A stretch of DNA of 64,000 nt from an uncultured Undibacterium sp. (GCA_963511665.1 CAUPKC010000021.1:4511-68510), one strand, 5' to 3'; positions 19,647 through 30,650 are shown, numbered from the stretch's first letter. A program made the numbers and translations. Notes: generated by a model from the letters alone, not told the origin.

Positions 19647-22381
19647 ATGAGCCAAGCCAATTATCAAGATGCGTTTAAAACGCTGAAAGATTTTAAAATC
19701 ACTGACACCAAGAAAGGCAAGTTCTTTTCTTTGCCAGCACTGGAAAAAAATCTGGGCGTGAAAGTATCACGTTTACCGATTTCGATCCGTATCGTACTGG
19801 AATCCGTTTTGCGTAATTGCGACGGTAAAAAAGTGACTGAGGAACACGTCAAACAATTGGCAAACTGGAGTGCGACTGGAGCGCGTACAGATGAAATTCC
19901 ATTCGTTGTTTCTCGCGTGGTATTACAAGATTTCACGGGCGTTCCTTTGTTAGCTGACTTGGCTGCAATGCGTAACGTCGCTGCAAAACAAGGCAAAATC
20001 CAAAAAATATCGAACCTTTGGTTCCAGTTGATCTGGTCGTCGATCACTCAGTGCAAATCGATCATTTCCGCGAAAAGAAGGCTCTCGATCTAAACATGAA
20101 ACTGGAATTCCAACGCAATAACGAGCGTTACCAGTTTATGAAATGGGGCATGCAAGCCTTTGATACTTTTGGCGTGGTTCCTCCAGGTTTTGGTATCGTG
20201 CATCAAGTCAATCTTGAATACTTGGCACGTGGCGTACACAAAGCATCTGATGCGAAGAAAAACGATGTTTATTACCCAGATACTTTGGTAGGTACAGACT
20301 CTCACACCACCATGATTAACGGTATTGGTGTAGTTGGCTGGGGCGTTGGTGGTATCGAAGCCGAAGCTGGCATGCTCGGCCAACCAGTTTACTTCCTGAC
20401 ACCTGACGTTGTCGGCGTGAATTTAACTGGCGCGTTGCGTGAAGGTTGTACCGCAACGGATCTGGTTTTGACGATTACAGAAATGCTGCGCAAAGCCAAA
20501 GTTGTCGGCAAGTTTGTCGAATTCTTCGGCGAAGGCACACGCACTTTGTCCCTGACTGACCGCGCGACGATCGCGAACATGGCACCAGAATACGGCGCGA
20601 CTATGGGCTTCTTCCCAGTTGATGAAGCGACTATCGATTACTTCAAAGGTACGGGTCGTACTAAAGCAGAAATCGACGCATTCGAAGGCTATTTCAAAGC
20701 ACAGAAAATGTTCGGTATTCCGAAAAAAGGTGACATTGATTACACGACAGAATTGTCACTAGATTTGTCAACAGTTGCGCCTTCTTTGGCAGGTCCAAAG
20801 CGTCCACAAGATCGTATCGAAATCGGTAACGTGAAATCCACTTTCGCTGATTTGTTTAGCAAGCCAACGTCAGAAAGCGGCTTCAACAAAAAGGCAGAAG
20901 ATTTGGCCGCGGTGTACACCAATACAGATGGCGTCAAAGTGAAAAACGGCGATATCTTGATCGCTGCAATTACTTCTTGCACGAACACTTCCAATCCTAG
21001 CGTTTTGTTGGCCGCAGGCTTGTTGGCTAAGAAAGCAGTTGAAGCTGGTTTGAAAGTATCTCCGCACATCAAAACGTCTTTAGCGCCTGGTTCCCGTGTT
21101 GTGACTAAGTACTTGGAAGCTGCTGGCTTGCTGCCATATTTGGAAAAACTCGGCTTCGGCGTAACAGCGTATGGCTGTACTACTTGTATCGGTAACGCAG
21201 GTGATTTGACACCGGCAATGAACGAAGCCATCGTCGCAAACGACATCGTTGCATCCGCAATTTTGTCTGGCAACCGCAATTTTGAAGCGCGTATTCATCC
21301 GAACATTCGCTCCAACTTCTTAGCGTCGCCTCCGCTGGTGGTTGCTTATGCGATCGCTGGCAATATGACTAGAGATTTGATGACAGAACCTGTCGGTCGC
21401 GTCAAAGGCAAAGACATCTTCTTGGGCGACATCTGGCCAACCAGTGCGGAGATCAATAAGTTAATGAAGTTCGCGATGAATTCTAAAACGTTCAAAGAGA
21501 ACTACGCTGACGTTAAAGGCGCTCCAGGCAAATTGTGGGAAGACATCAAAGGCGTGGCTGAAGGTCAGGTTTATGATTGGCCTGCGTCGACTTACATCGC
21601 AGAACCACCGTTCTTCGCTGACTTCACAATGGAACCAAAAGCAGCTGCAACTGGCATCTCTGGCGCACGTGCTTTGGGCGTATTTGGTGACTCCATCACA
21701 ACCGATCACATCTCACCTGCTGGCTCGATCAAAGAATCTAGCCCTGCTGGTAAATGGTTGAAAGAAAACGGCGTATTGAAAGCTGATTTCAACTCCTACG
21801 GTTCTCGTCGTGGTAACCATGAAATCATGATGCGCGGCACATTCGCTAACGTGCGTATCAAAAACTTGATGATCCCAGCGAAAGAAGATGGTTCTCGCGT
21901 TGAAGGCGGCGAAACTTTATTCCAACCAACTGGCGAACCAATGGCAATCTACGATGCTGCGATGAAGTATGTTGCAGAAGGCACGCCAACCATGATCTTC
22001 GGTGGTGAAGAGTACGGTACAGGCTCTTCCCGTGACTGGGCTGCAAAAGGTACGCAATTGTTGGGCGTAAAAGCTGTTATCGCTAAGTCTTTTGAACGTA
22101 TCCACCGTTCTAACTTAGTTGGTATGGGCGTATTGCCATTGCAATTCATCGGTACTGACAGCGTCGATTCTTTGGGCATCACTGGCAATGAATCGTTCGA
22201 CTTGAAGGGCATAGAGAACGATATCAAACCACAGCAACAAGTAACTTTGGTGATCAATCGTGCTGATGGTAGCTCACAAGACGTTAAAGTATTGCTGCGT
22301 ATCGATACACCAATCGAAGTTGACTACTACAAACACGGTGGCATTTTGCCATTCGTATTGCGTCAGTTATTGGCTGCTTAA
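19647..22381 (+). pseudogene. acnA: Aconitate hydratase A, interrupted by a 1-nt frameshift near 19995-19998
   Basis: ORFs 19647-20093 and 20018-22381 together make a collinear AcnA of about 910 aa. The halves join at GK|[20 protein letters not shown] if one A is added to the AAAA run. Confidence 0.85.
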
Positions 22382-22400
22382 TTAGTATCGCGCAAATGAA

Positions 22401-22440
22401 AAAAAGGAATGTGACTTTGATCGGCACATTCCTTTTTTTT
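22401..22440 (+). terminator. Intrinsic terminator after acnA
   Basis: ggaatgtg (22406-22413) / cacattcc (22425-22432) followed by T8. Confidence 0.8.
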
Positions 22441-22508
22441 CGAATCCAAATTGAATCGCACACTTTTTCAATTCGTTATCAGTAAAATTTAACAACAAGG
22501 AGAGCAAT

Positions 22509-22784
22509 ATGTGGAAGGCACTAGTAGGTTTTTTAATTTTTGCAGCAATCGCTTTATTCTTTATTTTCAAAGCTGGTGACAAGATGGATATGCAAGGAGA
22601 AGCTGGCGCACATACTGGTGCTGCTTCTGCTGAGCACGCGGCGTCTGATCCAGCAAGTTCCCCTGCATCTGCCGCCAGCGTACCTGCGCCGGTAGTGGAA
22701 TCAGCAGCATCTACGGCATCAGCACCAACTGCTCCTGCTGCTGTAGCAAGCTCAGCTGCAGCATCTACTGCAGCAAGCAAATAA
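22509..22784 (+). CDS. Small membrane-anchored Ala/Ser/Pro-rich protein
   Basis: AAGGAGAG lies 5 nt before the ATG. One N-terminal TM helix (ALVGFLIFAAIALFFIF) is followed by a low-complexity tail, and a terminator follows the gene. Confidence 0.55.
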   Translation: MWKALVGFLIFAAIALFFIFKAGDKMDMQGEAGAHTGAASAEHAASDPASSPASAASVPAPVVESAASTASAPTAPAAVASSAAASTAASK

Positions 22785-22856
22785 AAAATGAATGAGTAAG
22801 TTAATCGTTACGTTATTAAGTGAAATAATCAACGAACAATGACTAAAAAAAACAAA

Positions 22857-22889
22857 AGCCTGGGTTCATCATAGAACACAGGCTTTTTT
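22857..22889. terminator. Hairpin with flanking A/T runs (bidirectional terminator)
   Basis: agcctgggttc / gaacacaggct form 11 bp with 1 mismatch. T6 lies downstream and an A-run upstream. Confidence 0.6.
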
Positions 22890-22998
22890 ACTGACTAATG
22901 CAGATAAATGCGCAGTTAAAAAATTAATTTAAAAACAAATTAAAAAATTAACTTAATACAATCCATTCGAGGCGCCAAATGGAACTTGACTTCTGCAC

Positions 22999-23499
22999 TT
23001 AGGCTTCAGCTTTCGCAAAGTTAAATAAGTCATCCCCAGCCAAACGATACTTAACCCACTCCGCCTGCGCCTTCGCACCGACAGCATCATAAAAATCAAT
23101 CGCAGGCTGATTCCAGTCTAAGACACTCCATTCAAAGCGCCCACAACCCTCTTCCACCGCGATTTTCGCCAGATGACGTAGCAAGAATTTACCCGCACCA
23201 AGACCTCGATGCTTTAGCGACACGTAAAGATCTTCCAGATACAAACCTTTTCGCCCCTGCCAAGTTGAGTAATTATAGAAGTACACAGCGAATCCTATTG
23301 CCTCGCCATTCAATTCACAAATCAACGCCTTGGCGGGTGAGTCGCCAGAGAAAATACTGCTTTCAATTTCTGCGATGCTAGCCTTAACTTCATGCTCGGC
23401 TTTTTCATACACGGCGAGCTCCACAATAAAACCATGAATTATGGCTGCATCCGCTGGAACAGCTTTACGAATAATGAGTGACAAATTAGACCTCGACAA
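22999..23499 (-). CDS. GNAT-family N-acetyltransferase
   Basis: 166 aa with the acetyl-CoA motif HRGLGAGKFLLRHLAKIA. The track start is TTG, so the true start is uncertain. Confidence 0.8.
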   Translation of the reverse strand: MSRSNLSLIIRKAVPADAAIIHGFIVELAVYEKAEHEVKASIAEIESSIFSGDSPAKALICELNGEAIGFAVYFYNYSTWQGRKGLYLEDLYVSLKHRGLGAGKFLLRHLAKIAVEEGCGRFEWSVLDWNQPAIDFYDAVGAKAQAEWVKYRLAGDDLFNFAKAEA

Positions 23500-23510
23500 A
23501 TTTTAAATAT

Positions 23511-24680
23511 TTAAAGTGAATTCAAAGATTGCTCAATGTCAGCAATCAAATCTTCCACATCTTCTAAACCAATATTGAAACGCACCAGAATGCCCTTGCC
23601 GTTCCATGTTTGACGCATAGATTCTATGCGATACGGAACACACAAACTATGCGAACCGCCCCAACTAAAACCAATTTTAAAAAGTTTCAATTGGTTCACG
23701 AATTGGTCGGTTTGTGCTTCAGTGTACTTCTCATCAAACAGCACGGAAAATAAGCCGCCCGCGCCATTGAAATCACGTTTCCAAACATCGTGGCCCGGGC
23801 AGTCTTCCCACGCCGGATGTAATACTTTAGCGATTTCTGGACGACTCTTTAACCACGTTGCCACTTTGCGCGCTGCGATGTCGTGTGCTTCAAAACGAAG
23901 CTTCATGCTTTGCAAACCACGCAGCACCAAGTACACATCATCCATACCTACACCAAAACCTAAGCGCATGTGTGCCATCAATAAGCGATTATTTAACTCG
24001 ACATCTTTGGTAATCACCGCGCCCATTAAAACATCTGACCCACCGCTTTGATATTTCGTCAATGCCTGCATAGAGATATCGACACCGTGCTCAAAGGGCT
24101 TGAAGGCGAGTCCGGCAGACCAGGTATTATCCAACGCGACTAATACACCTTTGCTATGTGCTGCCGCACAAATGGCAGGCACATCGGCAACTTCCATCGA
24201 TACGGAACCTGGTGCCTCTGTCCAAATTAATTTCGTGTTGGGCAAGATTAAATCAGCGATACCAGCGCCAATCATGGGATCATAAAAACGAACACTGATA
24301 CCAAAACTTCGTTTAAGCCACGCCCCCTGCTCTTTGTTTGGCCCATAGGCATTATCGGGCAGCAAAACATCATCGCCTGTTTCGAGAAACGCCATATTGA
24401 CCAGAGTGATCGCAGCCAATCCACTTGGCGCGAGCATGCAATGATCACCGCCTTCAATTTGGGCGATCTCGCCTTCTAATTGAAAGCTGGTTGGTGTGCC
24501 GTGCAAGCCATAAGTATAAGTCGACTTGTTAAGCCAACTACGCGCGCGCATCGCGTCGACATCGCTAAACAAAACCGTCGAGGCATGATGAATTGCGGTC
24601 GGAAAAGCAGAAAATCCATCGGGCGCTTGATAGGCAGGATGAACGATCGCGGTACTTGAACCCAGTTCCTTATTAGTCAT
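23511..24680 (-). CDS. metC: Cystathionine beta-lyase (Cys/Met-metabolism PLP enzyme)
   Basis: The PLP-lysine context ALTKYQSGGSDVLMG is present. The track start at 24704 is TTG, and the first ATG at 24680 gives MTNKELGS... Confidence 0.8.
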   Translation of the reverse strand: MTNKELGSSTAIVHPAYQAPDGFSAFPTAIHHASTVLFSDVDAMRARSWLNKSTYTYGLHGTPTSFQLEGEIAQIEGGDHCMLAPSGLAAITLVNMAFLETGDDVLLPDNAYGPNKEQGAWLKRSFGISVRFYDPMIGAGIADLILPNTKLIWTEAPGSVSMEVADVPAICAAAHSKGVLVALDNTWSAGLAFKPFEHGVDISMQALTKYQSGGSDVLMGAVITKDVELNNRLLMAHMRLGFGVGMDDVYLVLRGLQSMKLRFEAHDIAARKVATWLKSRPEIAKVLHPAWEDCPGHDVWKRDFNGAGGLFSVLFDEKYTEAQTDQFVNQLKLFKIGFSWGGSHSLCVPYRIESMRQTWNGKGILVRFNIGLEDVEDLIADIEQSLNSL

Positions 24681-24708
24681 AATGATGCCGTAGTCAAAAG
24701 TCAAAACA

Positions 24709-24738
24709 GATAAAAAATAGGGGCGAAAATTCGCCCCT
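24709..24738 (-). terminator. Intrinsic terminator after rimO
   Basis: aggggcga (24719-24726) / tcgcccct (24731-24738). The minus strand then reads ATTTTTTATC. Confidence 0.7.
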
Positions 24739-24759
24739 CTCGATTACACAATATGAAAC

Positions 24760-26142
24760 TTAAATTGCCTCACCCCACAAATCGTGGGCATCGGCAGCGG
24801 TGATTTTCACTTCAACAAATTCACCGACTTTCAACTTGCGATGCGGTTCAAACGGCGGCTTAACGTACACGACGCCATCAATCTCAGGCGCATCAGCGGA
24901 GCTGCGACCAATACCGCCACTACGATCAAGGCTATCAATCAAAACACGCATCGTCTTGCCAACTTTCGCTTGCAGACGTTTTTTAGAAATCGTCTCTTGC
25001 AACTCCATCACACGACGGCGACGGTCTTCACGCACATCATCCGGCAATTGATTAGCGAGTTCGTTGGCGGTTGCACCATCGACTGGAGAGTAAGCGAAGC
25101 AGCCTAAGCGATCAATTTCCGCCTCTTTCAGGAAGTCTAAAAGGTATTCAAATTCCTCTTCTGTCTCGCCTGGGAAACCAGCAATGAAGGTAGAACGTAT
25201 CGTGATTTCTGGGCACATTTCGCGCCAAGCCTTAATGCGCTCTATATTTTTTTCACCACTCGCTGGACGCTTCATGCGCTTCAATACATCAGGATGTGCG
25301 TGCTGCAAAGGCACATCGAGGTAAGGCAAAACGTGGCCATTGTTCATGAATGGAATGATTTGATCGACATGTGGGTAAGGGTAAACGTAATGCAGGCGTA
25401 CCCAGGCATCATAGCGTTTTGCAAGTTCACCAAGCGCTTCGACCAATTGCGTCATGTGGGTTTTGACTGGTTTACCATCCCAGAAACCGGTACGGAACTT
25501 CACATCGACACCATAAGCGCTGGTATCTTGAGAAATCACCAGTAACTCTTTGACGCCGGCTTTGAATAAATTCTCCGCTTCGACCATCACTTCACCAATC
25601 GGACGAGATACTAGATCACCGCGCATCGATGGAATAATGCAGAAGCTACAACGATGGTTGCAGCCTTCAGAAATTTTCAAATAAGCAAAATGTTTTGGTG
25701 TGAGCTTCACGCCTTGTGGCGGCACCAAATCAATGAATGGCTCATGTGGCTTTGGCAAATGCAGATGCACGGCGCTCATCACTTCCGTCAGAGCGTGTGG
25801 TCCGGTAACCGCCAAAACTTTCGGGTGTATGCTTTTGATAAGGTCGTTGCCATTAGCATCTTTTTTCGCGCCCAGACAGCCTGTGACGATGACTTTGCCG
25901 TTTTCACTAAGTGCTTCTGCAATCGCATCTAAAGACTCTTGCACAGCCGCATCGATAAATCCACACGTATTTACCACGACCAAATCGGCGCCATCGTAGG
26001 ACTTAGCCGTTTCGTAGCCTTCTGCGCGCAATTGCGTGAGAATTTGTTCTGAATCGACCAAAGCTTTCGGGCACCCGAGGGAGACAAAGCCAACTTTAGG
26101 CGCAACTGAAGCAGAGACGGGAATGAGAGTTTCGTTAGACAT
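24760..26142 (-). CDS. rimO: Ribosomal protein S12 methylthiotransferase
   Basis: 460 aa with the UPF0004 N-domain ([13 protein letters not shown]), the radical-SAM motif CNHRCSFC and a C-terminal TRAM domain. Confidence 0.9.
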   Translation of the reverse strand: MSNETLIPVSASVAPKVGFVSLGCPKALVDSEQILTQLRAEGYETAKSYDGADLVVVNTCGFIDAAVQESLDAIAEALSENGKVIVTGCLGAKKDANGNDLIKSIHPKVLAVTGPHALTEVMSAVHLHLPKPHEPFIDLVPPQGVKLTPKHFAYLKISEGCNHRCSFCIIPSMRGDLVSRPIGEVMVEAENLFKAGVKELLVISQDTSAYGVDVKFRTGFWDGKPVKTHMTQLVEALGELAKRYDAWVRLHYVYPYPHVDQIIPFMNNGHVLPYLDVPLQHAHPDVLKRMKRPASGEKNIERIKAWREMCPEITIRSTFIAGFPGETEEEFEYLLDFLKEAEIDRLGCFAYSPVDGATANELANQLPDDVREDRRRRVMELQETISKKRLQAKVGKTMRVLIDSLDRSGGIGRSSADAPEIDGVVYVKPPFEPHRKLKVGEFVEVKITAADAHDLWGEAI

Positions 26143-26239
26143 AATAAAAAAGGATACAAAGCAATTCGCTATTGTACCCTTTCTACGCTACTTACTACAG
26201 CTTGAACAACGATAGATTCACCGCAAGCGTTTGAATTTA

Positions 26240-26791
26240 TTACTTTTTCTTGTCATCTGGTACAAATGGGAAACCAAACATATTTTTTGATTGACTCTGC
26301 ATTTGCTCTTGCATTTGTACAAATAAATTTTTGCTCTGATCGATGTAATTACCCATCATGCCTTGCATCATGGGCCCTTGCACATTCATAAACTGTGTCC
26401 ACATTTCAGGGCTAAATGGCTTGCCTTCTACGCCGCCATTGGCACCTTCGGTGAGTTTATTTTGTATATCAATAAACGCTTGAATGTTTTTTTCAAGATA
26501 CGAACCCATCATGCCTTGCATTGCATGCCCGTAATAACGAATAATTTGTGCCAGAGCGACGCTGGAAAACATCGGTGCGCCACCTGCTTCAGCTTCCAAA
26601 ATGATCTGCAACAAAATACTACGCGTCAAATCTTCGCCCGTCTTGGCGTCAATCACCGCAAAATCATCACTCTCCATGACGAATTGCTTCACATCGACCA
26701 AGGTAATGTAGCTACTGGTTTGAGTGTCGTATAAGCGACGATTTGGGTATTTCTTAATCAAATGCTTGCTTATTTTTTTTGTGCTATTCAT
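26240..26791 (-). CDS. phaR: Polyhydroxyalkanoate synthesis repressor PhaR
   Basis: IKKYPNRRLYDTQTSSYITLVDVKQFV is the canonical PhaR N-terminus. ATG at 26791 (MNSTKK...) gives 183 aa. The track ORF starts 8 codons earlier. Confidence 0.85.
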   Translation of the reverse strand: MNSTKKISKHLIKKYPNRRLYDTQTSSYITLVDVKQFVMESDDFAVIDAKTGEDLTRSILLQIILEAEAGGAPMFSSVALAQIIRYYGHAMQGMMGSYLEKNIQAFIDIQNKLTEGANGGVEGKPFSPEMWTQFMNVQGPMMQGMMGNYIDQSKNLFVQMQEQMQSQSKNMFGFPFVPDDKKK

Positions 26792-26970
26792 TGCATTCTC
26801 GGGGATAAACTGCATTAAAGAATAAAGCCAAGGTGCTTACGATATCGTTCAAACACGTAAGCACCTTAAACGAATTTTCGCATTAAATTCAATGCTGCGA
26901 CACAGCATTATACTTAGTACTAAATTCTTGGGAATAGTTCATTCGCATAACAACAAACAGTAACGAATGA

Positions 26971-27711
26971 TTAACCCATATGCAAACCACCGTTGATTGA
27001 GAAGTCAGAGCCAGTAGCATAGCCACCTTCGTCTGATGCAATCCACGCCACGATAGAAGCGATTTCTTCTGGCTCTGCCAAGCGTTTAACCGGAATACCC
27101 GCAACAATCTTCTCCAATACATCAGGACGAATCGCGCGCACCATGTCAGTACCTACATAGCCAGGGGAAACGGTATTGACCGTGACACCTTTGGTCGCGA
27201 CTTCTTGCGCCAATGCCATACTAAAGCCATGAATGCCGGCTTTTGCAGTGGAATAGTTAGTTTGACCGAATTGACCTTTTTGGCCATTGACCGAAGAAAT
27301 ATTAATAATACGCCCCCAGCCACGATCAACCATACTCTCAATAACTTGTTTCGTCACATTGAACAGGGAATTTAAATTGGTATCAATTACAGCATCCCAA
27401 TCTGCTTTACTCATTTTACGGAATTGACCATCACGAGTAATACCCGCATTGTTAACTAGAACGTCGACTTCACCAATTTCGGTACGGACTTTTTCAAATG
27501 CAGCACGGGTCGATTCCCAATCAGAGACATTACCTTCGGAGGCATGCACATCCAAGCCTTCAGCGCGCATATCAGCCAGCCATTTATCTTTACGCGGTGA
27601 ATTTGGACCGCAACCAGCGACCACTGTGTAACCATCTCTACACAAACGTTTGCAAATTGGAGTCCCAATACCACCCATACCACCAGTTACATATGCAATT
27701 CGCTTTGACAT
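26971..27711 (-). CDS. phaB: Acetoacetyl-CoA reductase (SDR)
   Basis: 246 aa with VTGGMGGIGT and NYSTAKAG motifs, located next to phaC and phaR. Confidence 0.9.
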   Translation of the reverse strand: MSKRIAYVTGGMGGIGTPICKRLCRDGYTVVAGCGPNSPRKDKWLADMRAEGLDVHASEGNVSDWESTRAAFEKVRTEIGEVDVLVNNAGITRDGQFRKMSKADWDAVIDTNLNSLFNVTKQVIESMVDRGWGRIINISSVNGQKGQFGQTNYSTAKAGIHGFSMALAQEVATKGVTVNTVSPGYVGTDMVRAIRPDVLEKIVAGIPVKRLAEPEEIASIVAWIASDEGGYATGSDFSINGGLHMG

Positions 27712-27820
27712 ACTTAATCTCCAGAGTTTTAGTGAATTTACTGCTAAGTTTGTTTCTACAAAAAAATTTAAACCTTCGTTTGAACCGTCTCCGCCATCAT
27801 TGCTACATTACTAACCAAGC

Positions 27821-29536
27821 TCAATCAGCACGAACTTTGACATAGCGCCCTGGCGCAGGCTCTATCTCACTATAAACCACATTCCCTGACTTCAGGGGTG
27901 CTTTCACCATCTTTCCACCATGTTCTGTTAAAAATTGCGCCCACTCCGGCCACCAGCTACCAGGCATTTCTTTCGCGCCATCGAACCATTGTTGTGGATC
28001 TGCAGCAACTTTCTCGTTGGTCCAATAATTACGTTTATTTTTTGAGGCTGGATTGATCACGCCTGCAATATGACCTGAGGCACCCAATACGAAGCGATTT
28101 CTGGTTTTTTTCTTTGGATTGAGTATGGCAGTCGAAGCAAACGCCGCTTGCCATGGAACGATATGATCTTCTCTGGAACCATAAATGAAAACTGGCGCAT
28201 CAATTTTTGTCAGATCAACAGAATTTCCCGCCACTTTTAATTTATTCGGCACCTTGAGACTATTTTCAAGATAGGTATTGCGCAAATACCAGCAGAACAT
28301 AGGGCCCGGTAAATTGGTGCTGTCGGAGTTCCAATACAACAGATCGAACGCTGGCGGCTTCTGGCCTTTCAAGTAATTTGATTGCACATAATTCCACACC
28401 AAATCATTCGGTCTCAGACTGGAAAAAGTACTGGCTAAATCACGTCCAGGCATTAAGCCACCATGCCCTAGTGTCTGCTCGCGCATACTCACTTGCAATT
28501 CATCGACAAACACATCAAGCACACCCGTATCACTAAAATCCAATAAGGTAGTTAACAAAGTCAAACTACTTGCAGGATGACTATCTCGATCCGCCAACAC
28601 GGCCAATGCAGTAGAAAGTATGGTACCGCCAACGCAGAATCCAAACGCATTAATTTTGTCTTGTTTGCTAATTTGCTGAACAACGTCAATCGCTTTGATG
28701 GCACCTTGTTCTATGTAATCATCCCACGTGACATCGCCCATAGATTCATCTGGATTCGCCCACGACACAAGAAAGACGGTATGTCCTTGTTCAACGGCGT
28801 AACGCACCAGTGAGTTTTCTGGTTGCAAATCCAAAATATAGTATTTATTAATACAAGGGGGCACCATCAACAGAGGACGCTGATGCACCGTCTTTGTTAG
28901 AGGGGAAAACTGAATCAATTGAAACAAGCGATTTTCAAAAACTACCACACCTTCAGAAGTCGCCACATTTTTACCGACTTCAAACGCGGATTCATCGGTC
29001 AATGAAATGCGTCCTTTTTGCATATCATCAAACATCTGCGTGATGCCCTGCATAAGGCTTTCACCGCCGGTCTCAATCACTTTTGCCTGTGCTTCGGGAT
29101 TTGTCGCCAAAAAATTCGCCGGTGACATCGCGTCTACCATTTGCTGGACAGCGAATCGAATCTTTTGTCGCTTCTTTTCTGGTGCCTGAACCGAATCGGC
29201 CAGTAAACTCAAGAAACGCGCATTGAGTAGATACATCGCAGCGTTATAAGCGTGGCTGGTCTGTTTATGCCAATCCGGCGCAGAGAATCGACGATCGTTG
29301 AACTCTGGCAGTTTTGCAGACAAAAAATCTTTCCATAAATTGCCTAGTTCTACAAAATATTCTGCTTGTAGCCGCTTTAAAACTTGTGGATCAAGTTCTG
29401 CACCAAATTCTTTCAACATTTGAGGAATCGAGGTATCGTTTCCAAAGGGACTTTGCTTCATCCAATCCTGTAGAGGATTTTGCTTCATTACCTGTTGCAT
29501 CCAATTGGCGTACATCGATTGAAGATTGTCACTCAT
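27821..29536 (-). CDS. phaC: Class I poly(R)-hydroxyalkanoate synthase
   Basis: 571 aa with the lipase-box variant GFCVGG and typical PhaC N- and C-terminal regions. Confidence 0.9.
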   Translation of the reverse strand: MSDNLQSMYANWMQQVMKQNPLQDWMKQSPFGNDTSIPQMLKEFGAELDPQVLKRLQAEYFVELGNLWKDFLSAKLPEFNDRRFSAPDWHKQTSHAYNAAMYLLNARFLSLLADSVQAPEKKRQKIRFAVQQMVDAMSPANFLATNPEAQAKVIETGGESLMQGITQMFDDMQKGRISLTDESAFEVGKNVATSEGVVVFENRLFQLIQFSPLTKTVHQRPLLMVPPCINKYYILDLQPENSLVRYAVEQGHTVFLVSWANPDESMGDVTWDDYIEQGAIKAIDVVQQISKQDKINAFGFCVGGTILSTALAVLADRDSHPASSLTLLTTLLDFSDTGVLDVFVDELQVSMREQTLGHGGLMPGRDLASTFSSLRPNDLVWNYVQSNYLKGQKPPAFDLLYWNSDSTNLPGPMFCWYLRNTYLENSLKVPNKLKVAGNSVDLTKIDAPVFIYGSREDHIVPWQAAFASTAILNPKKKTRNRFVLGASGHIAGVINPASKNKRNYWTNEKVAADPQQWFDGAKEMPGSWWPEWAQFLTEHGGKMVKAPLKSGNVVYSEIEPAPGRYVKVRAD

Positions 29537-29641
29537 TATGCATAATTCCTAGTTTTAGAGTATCGTCACACTGTGCTGACCAATTACGCAGCACTACGGC
29601 AAAAAATTGAACCACCTAATTCCAACAACGTCTATTTCTTT

Positions 29642-29869
29642 ATGGCTTTTTTGTATCTTATCGCAATCGCATGGGTTTATGTCGTGCTGATGATGTCACT
29701 GGTAGAATCTTCTGTGATTGCTGGTATCATGACTTTCATTTTTTATTGCATCATTCCACTCGGCTTGGTTCTATACATTCTGACTTCACCCGCACGAAAG
29801 CGTCAACGCAAACTTGAAGAAGATGCGCAGCGCAAATTAAATTCGTCTAATCCATCCAAATCAGATTAG
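29642..29869 (+). CDS. Small two-TM membrane protein
   Basis: ATG at 29642 gives MAFLYLIAIAWVYVVLMM..., with two hydrophobic helices and a basic tail. It overlaps the pgeF 3' end convergently by 23 nt. Confidence 0.45.
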   Translation: MAFLYLIAIAWVYVVLMMSLVESSVIAGIMTFIFYCIIPLGLVLYILTSPARKRQRKLEEDAQRKLNSSNPSKSD

Positions 29870-30650
29870 CCATGCGCCCAGTGCGTTGATCACGGCGATA
29901 GGAATAAAAAAGATCGCTTTGTGTCACCGTACAATACTCACCACCGTGCACACGCTGAACATCCAGCTGTCTTAGAATTTCCCTGGCAACGCCATAAATA
30001 TCCATATCATATTTTGGTGCAGCACCTACTGGAGTCAAACGTGTTTTCAAAAATCGATCTAATTGTGGAATCTTCTTAGAAAATTCCAAATACACGTCTT
30101 GTCCAACTTCAAACCTGGCTGCACCTATCGCTGGACCTAACCAAGCGGTAAGTTCACCAACACCTTGTTGGCGTAAAGTCAGTATCGTATTTTCGACAAC
30201 ATCACCTGCCAAACCGCGCCAACCAGCATGAATCGCAGCCACACACTGACCATCCAAAGACGACAGCAAAATCGGCAGGCAATCCGCAGTTAGTACCGCA
30301 CAAACAACATTTTTGTGTAGCGTGTAACTCGCATCTGCTTTGACTTCCGAATTGAGCTGCGCACTAAGTAGAGATGCGTCAACTACCATATTGCCATGAA
30401 TTTGTGATAAGAATATGACATCTGACGGCAATAGCGTATTCAGCAATACCCTATTCTGCGACACCAGCGACAAATCGTCACCGACGTGATCGCCGAGATT
30501 TAAACCCGTACCACCTATACCATCATCGTAGGGAGCCTGGCTACGCCCACCCAATCGGGTGGACGAAAATGCGTGAACATTAGCAGGGAGATCCGGCCAA
30601 TCTGGCTGAACCAGACTTAATCCATTATCACGAACGACGATCAAGCTCAT
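29847..30650 (-). CDS. pgeF: Peptidoglycan editing factor PgeF (YfiH / DUF152 laccase-domain protein)
   Basis: TADCLPIL and HAGWRGL motifs are present. ATG at 30650 forms an ATGA overlap with the rluD stop. The track ORF extends further into rluD. Confidence 0.85.
   Translation of the reverse strand: MSLIVVRDNGLSLVQPDWPDLPANVHAFSSTRLGGRSQAPYDDGIGGTGLNLGDHVGDDLSLVSQNRVLLNTLLPSDVIFLSQIHGNMVVDASLLSAQLNSEVKADASYTLHKNVVCAVLTADCLPILLSSLDGQCVAAIHAGWRGLAGDVVENTILTLRQQGVGELTAWLGPAIGAARFEVGQDVYLEFSKKIPQLDRFLKTRLTPVGAAPKYDMDIYGVAREILRQLDVQRVHGGEYCTVTQSDLFYSYRRDQRTGRMANLIWMD

Noticed and set aside
19990-20020. Programmed -1 ribosomal frameshift or transcriptional slippage as the explanation for the acnA split.
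   Set aside because: There is no X XXY YYZ slippery heptamer in the zero frame (CAA GGC AAA ATC). I saw no obvious downstream stimulatory structure. A4 is too short for efficient slippage. A simple 1-nt indel is more parsimonious.
20740-21279. 179-aa minus-strand ORF inside acnA. The same applies to 44208-44756 inside mfd, 58945-59487 inside serS, and 60285-60890 and 61188-61562 inside rpoD.
   Set aside because: All are antisense to strongly supported housekeeping genes and have low-complexity or hydrophobic nonsense translations.
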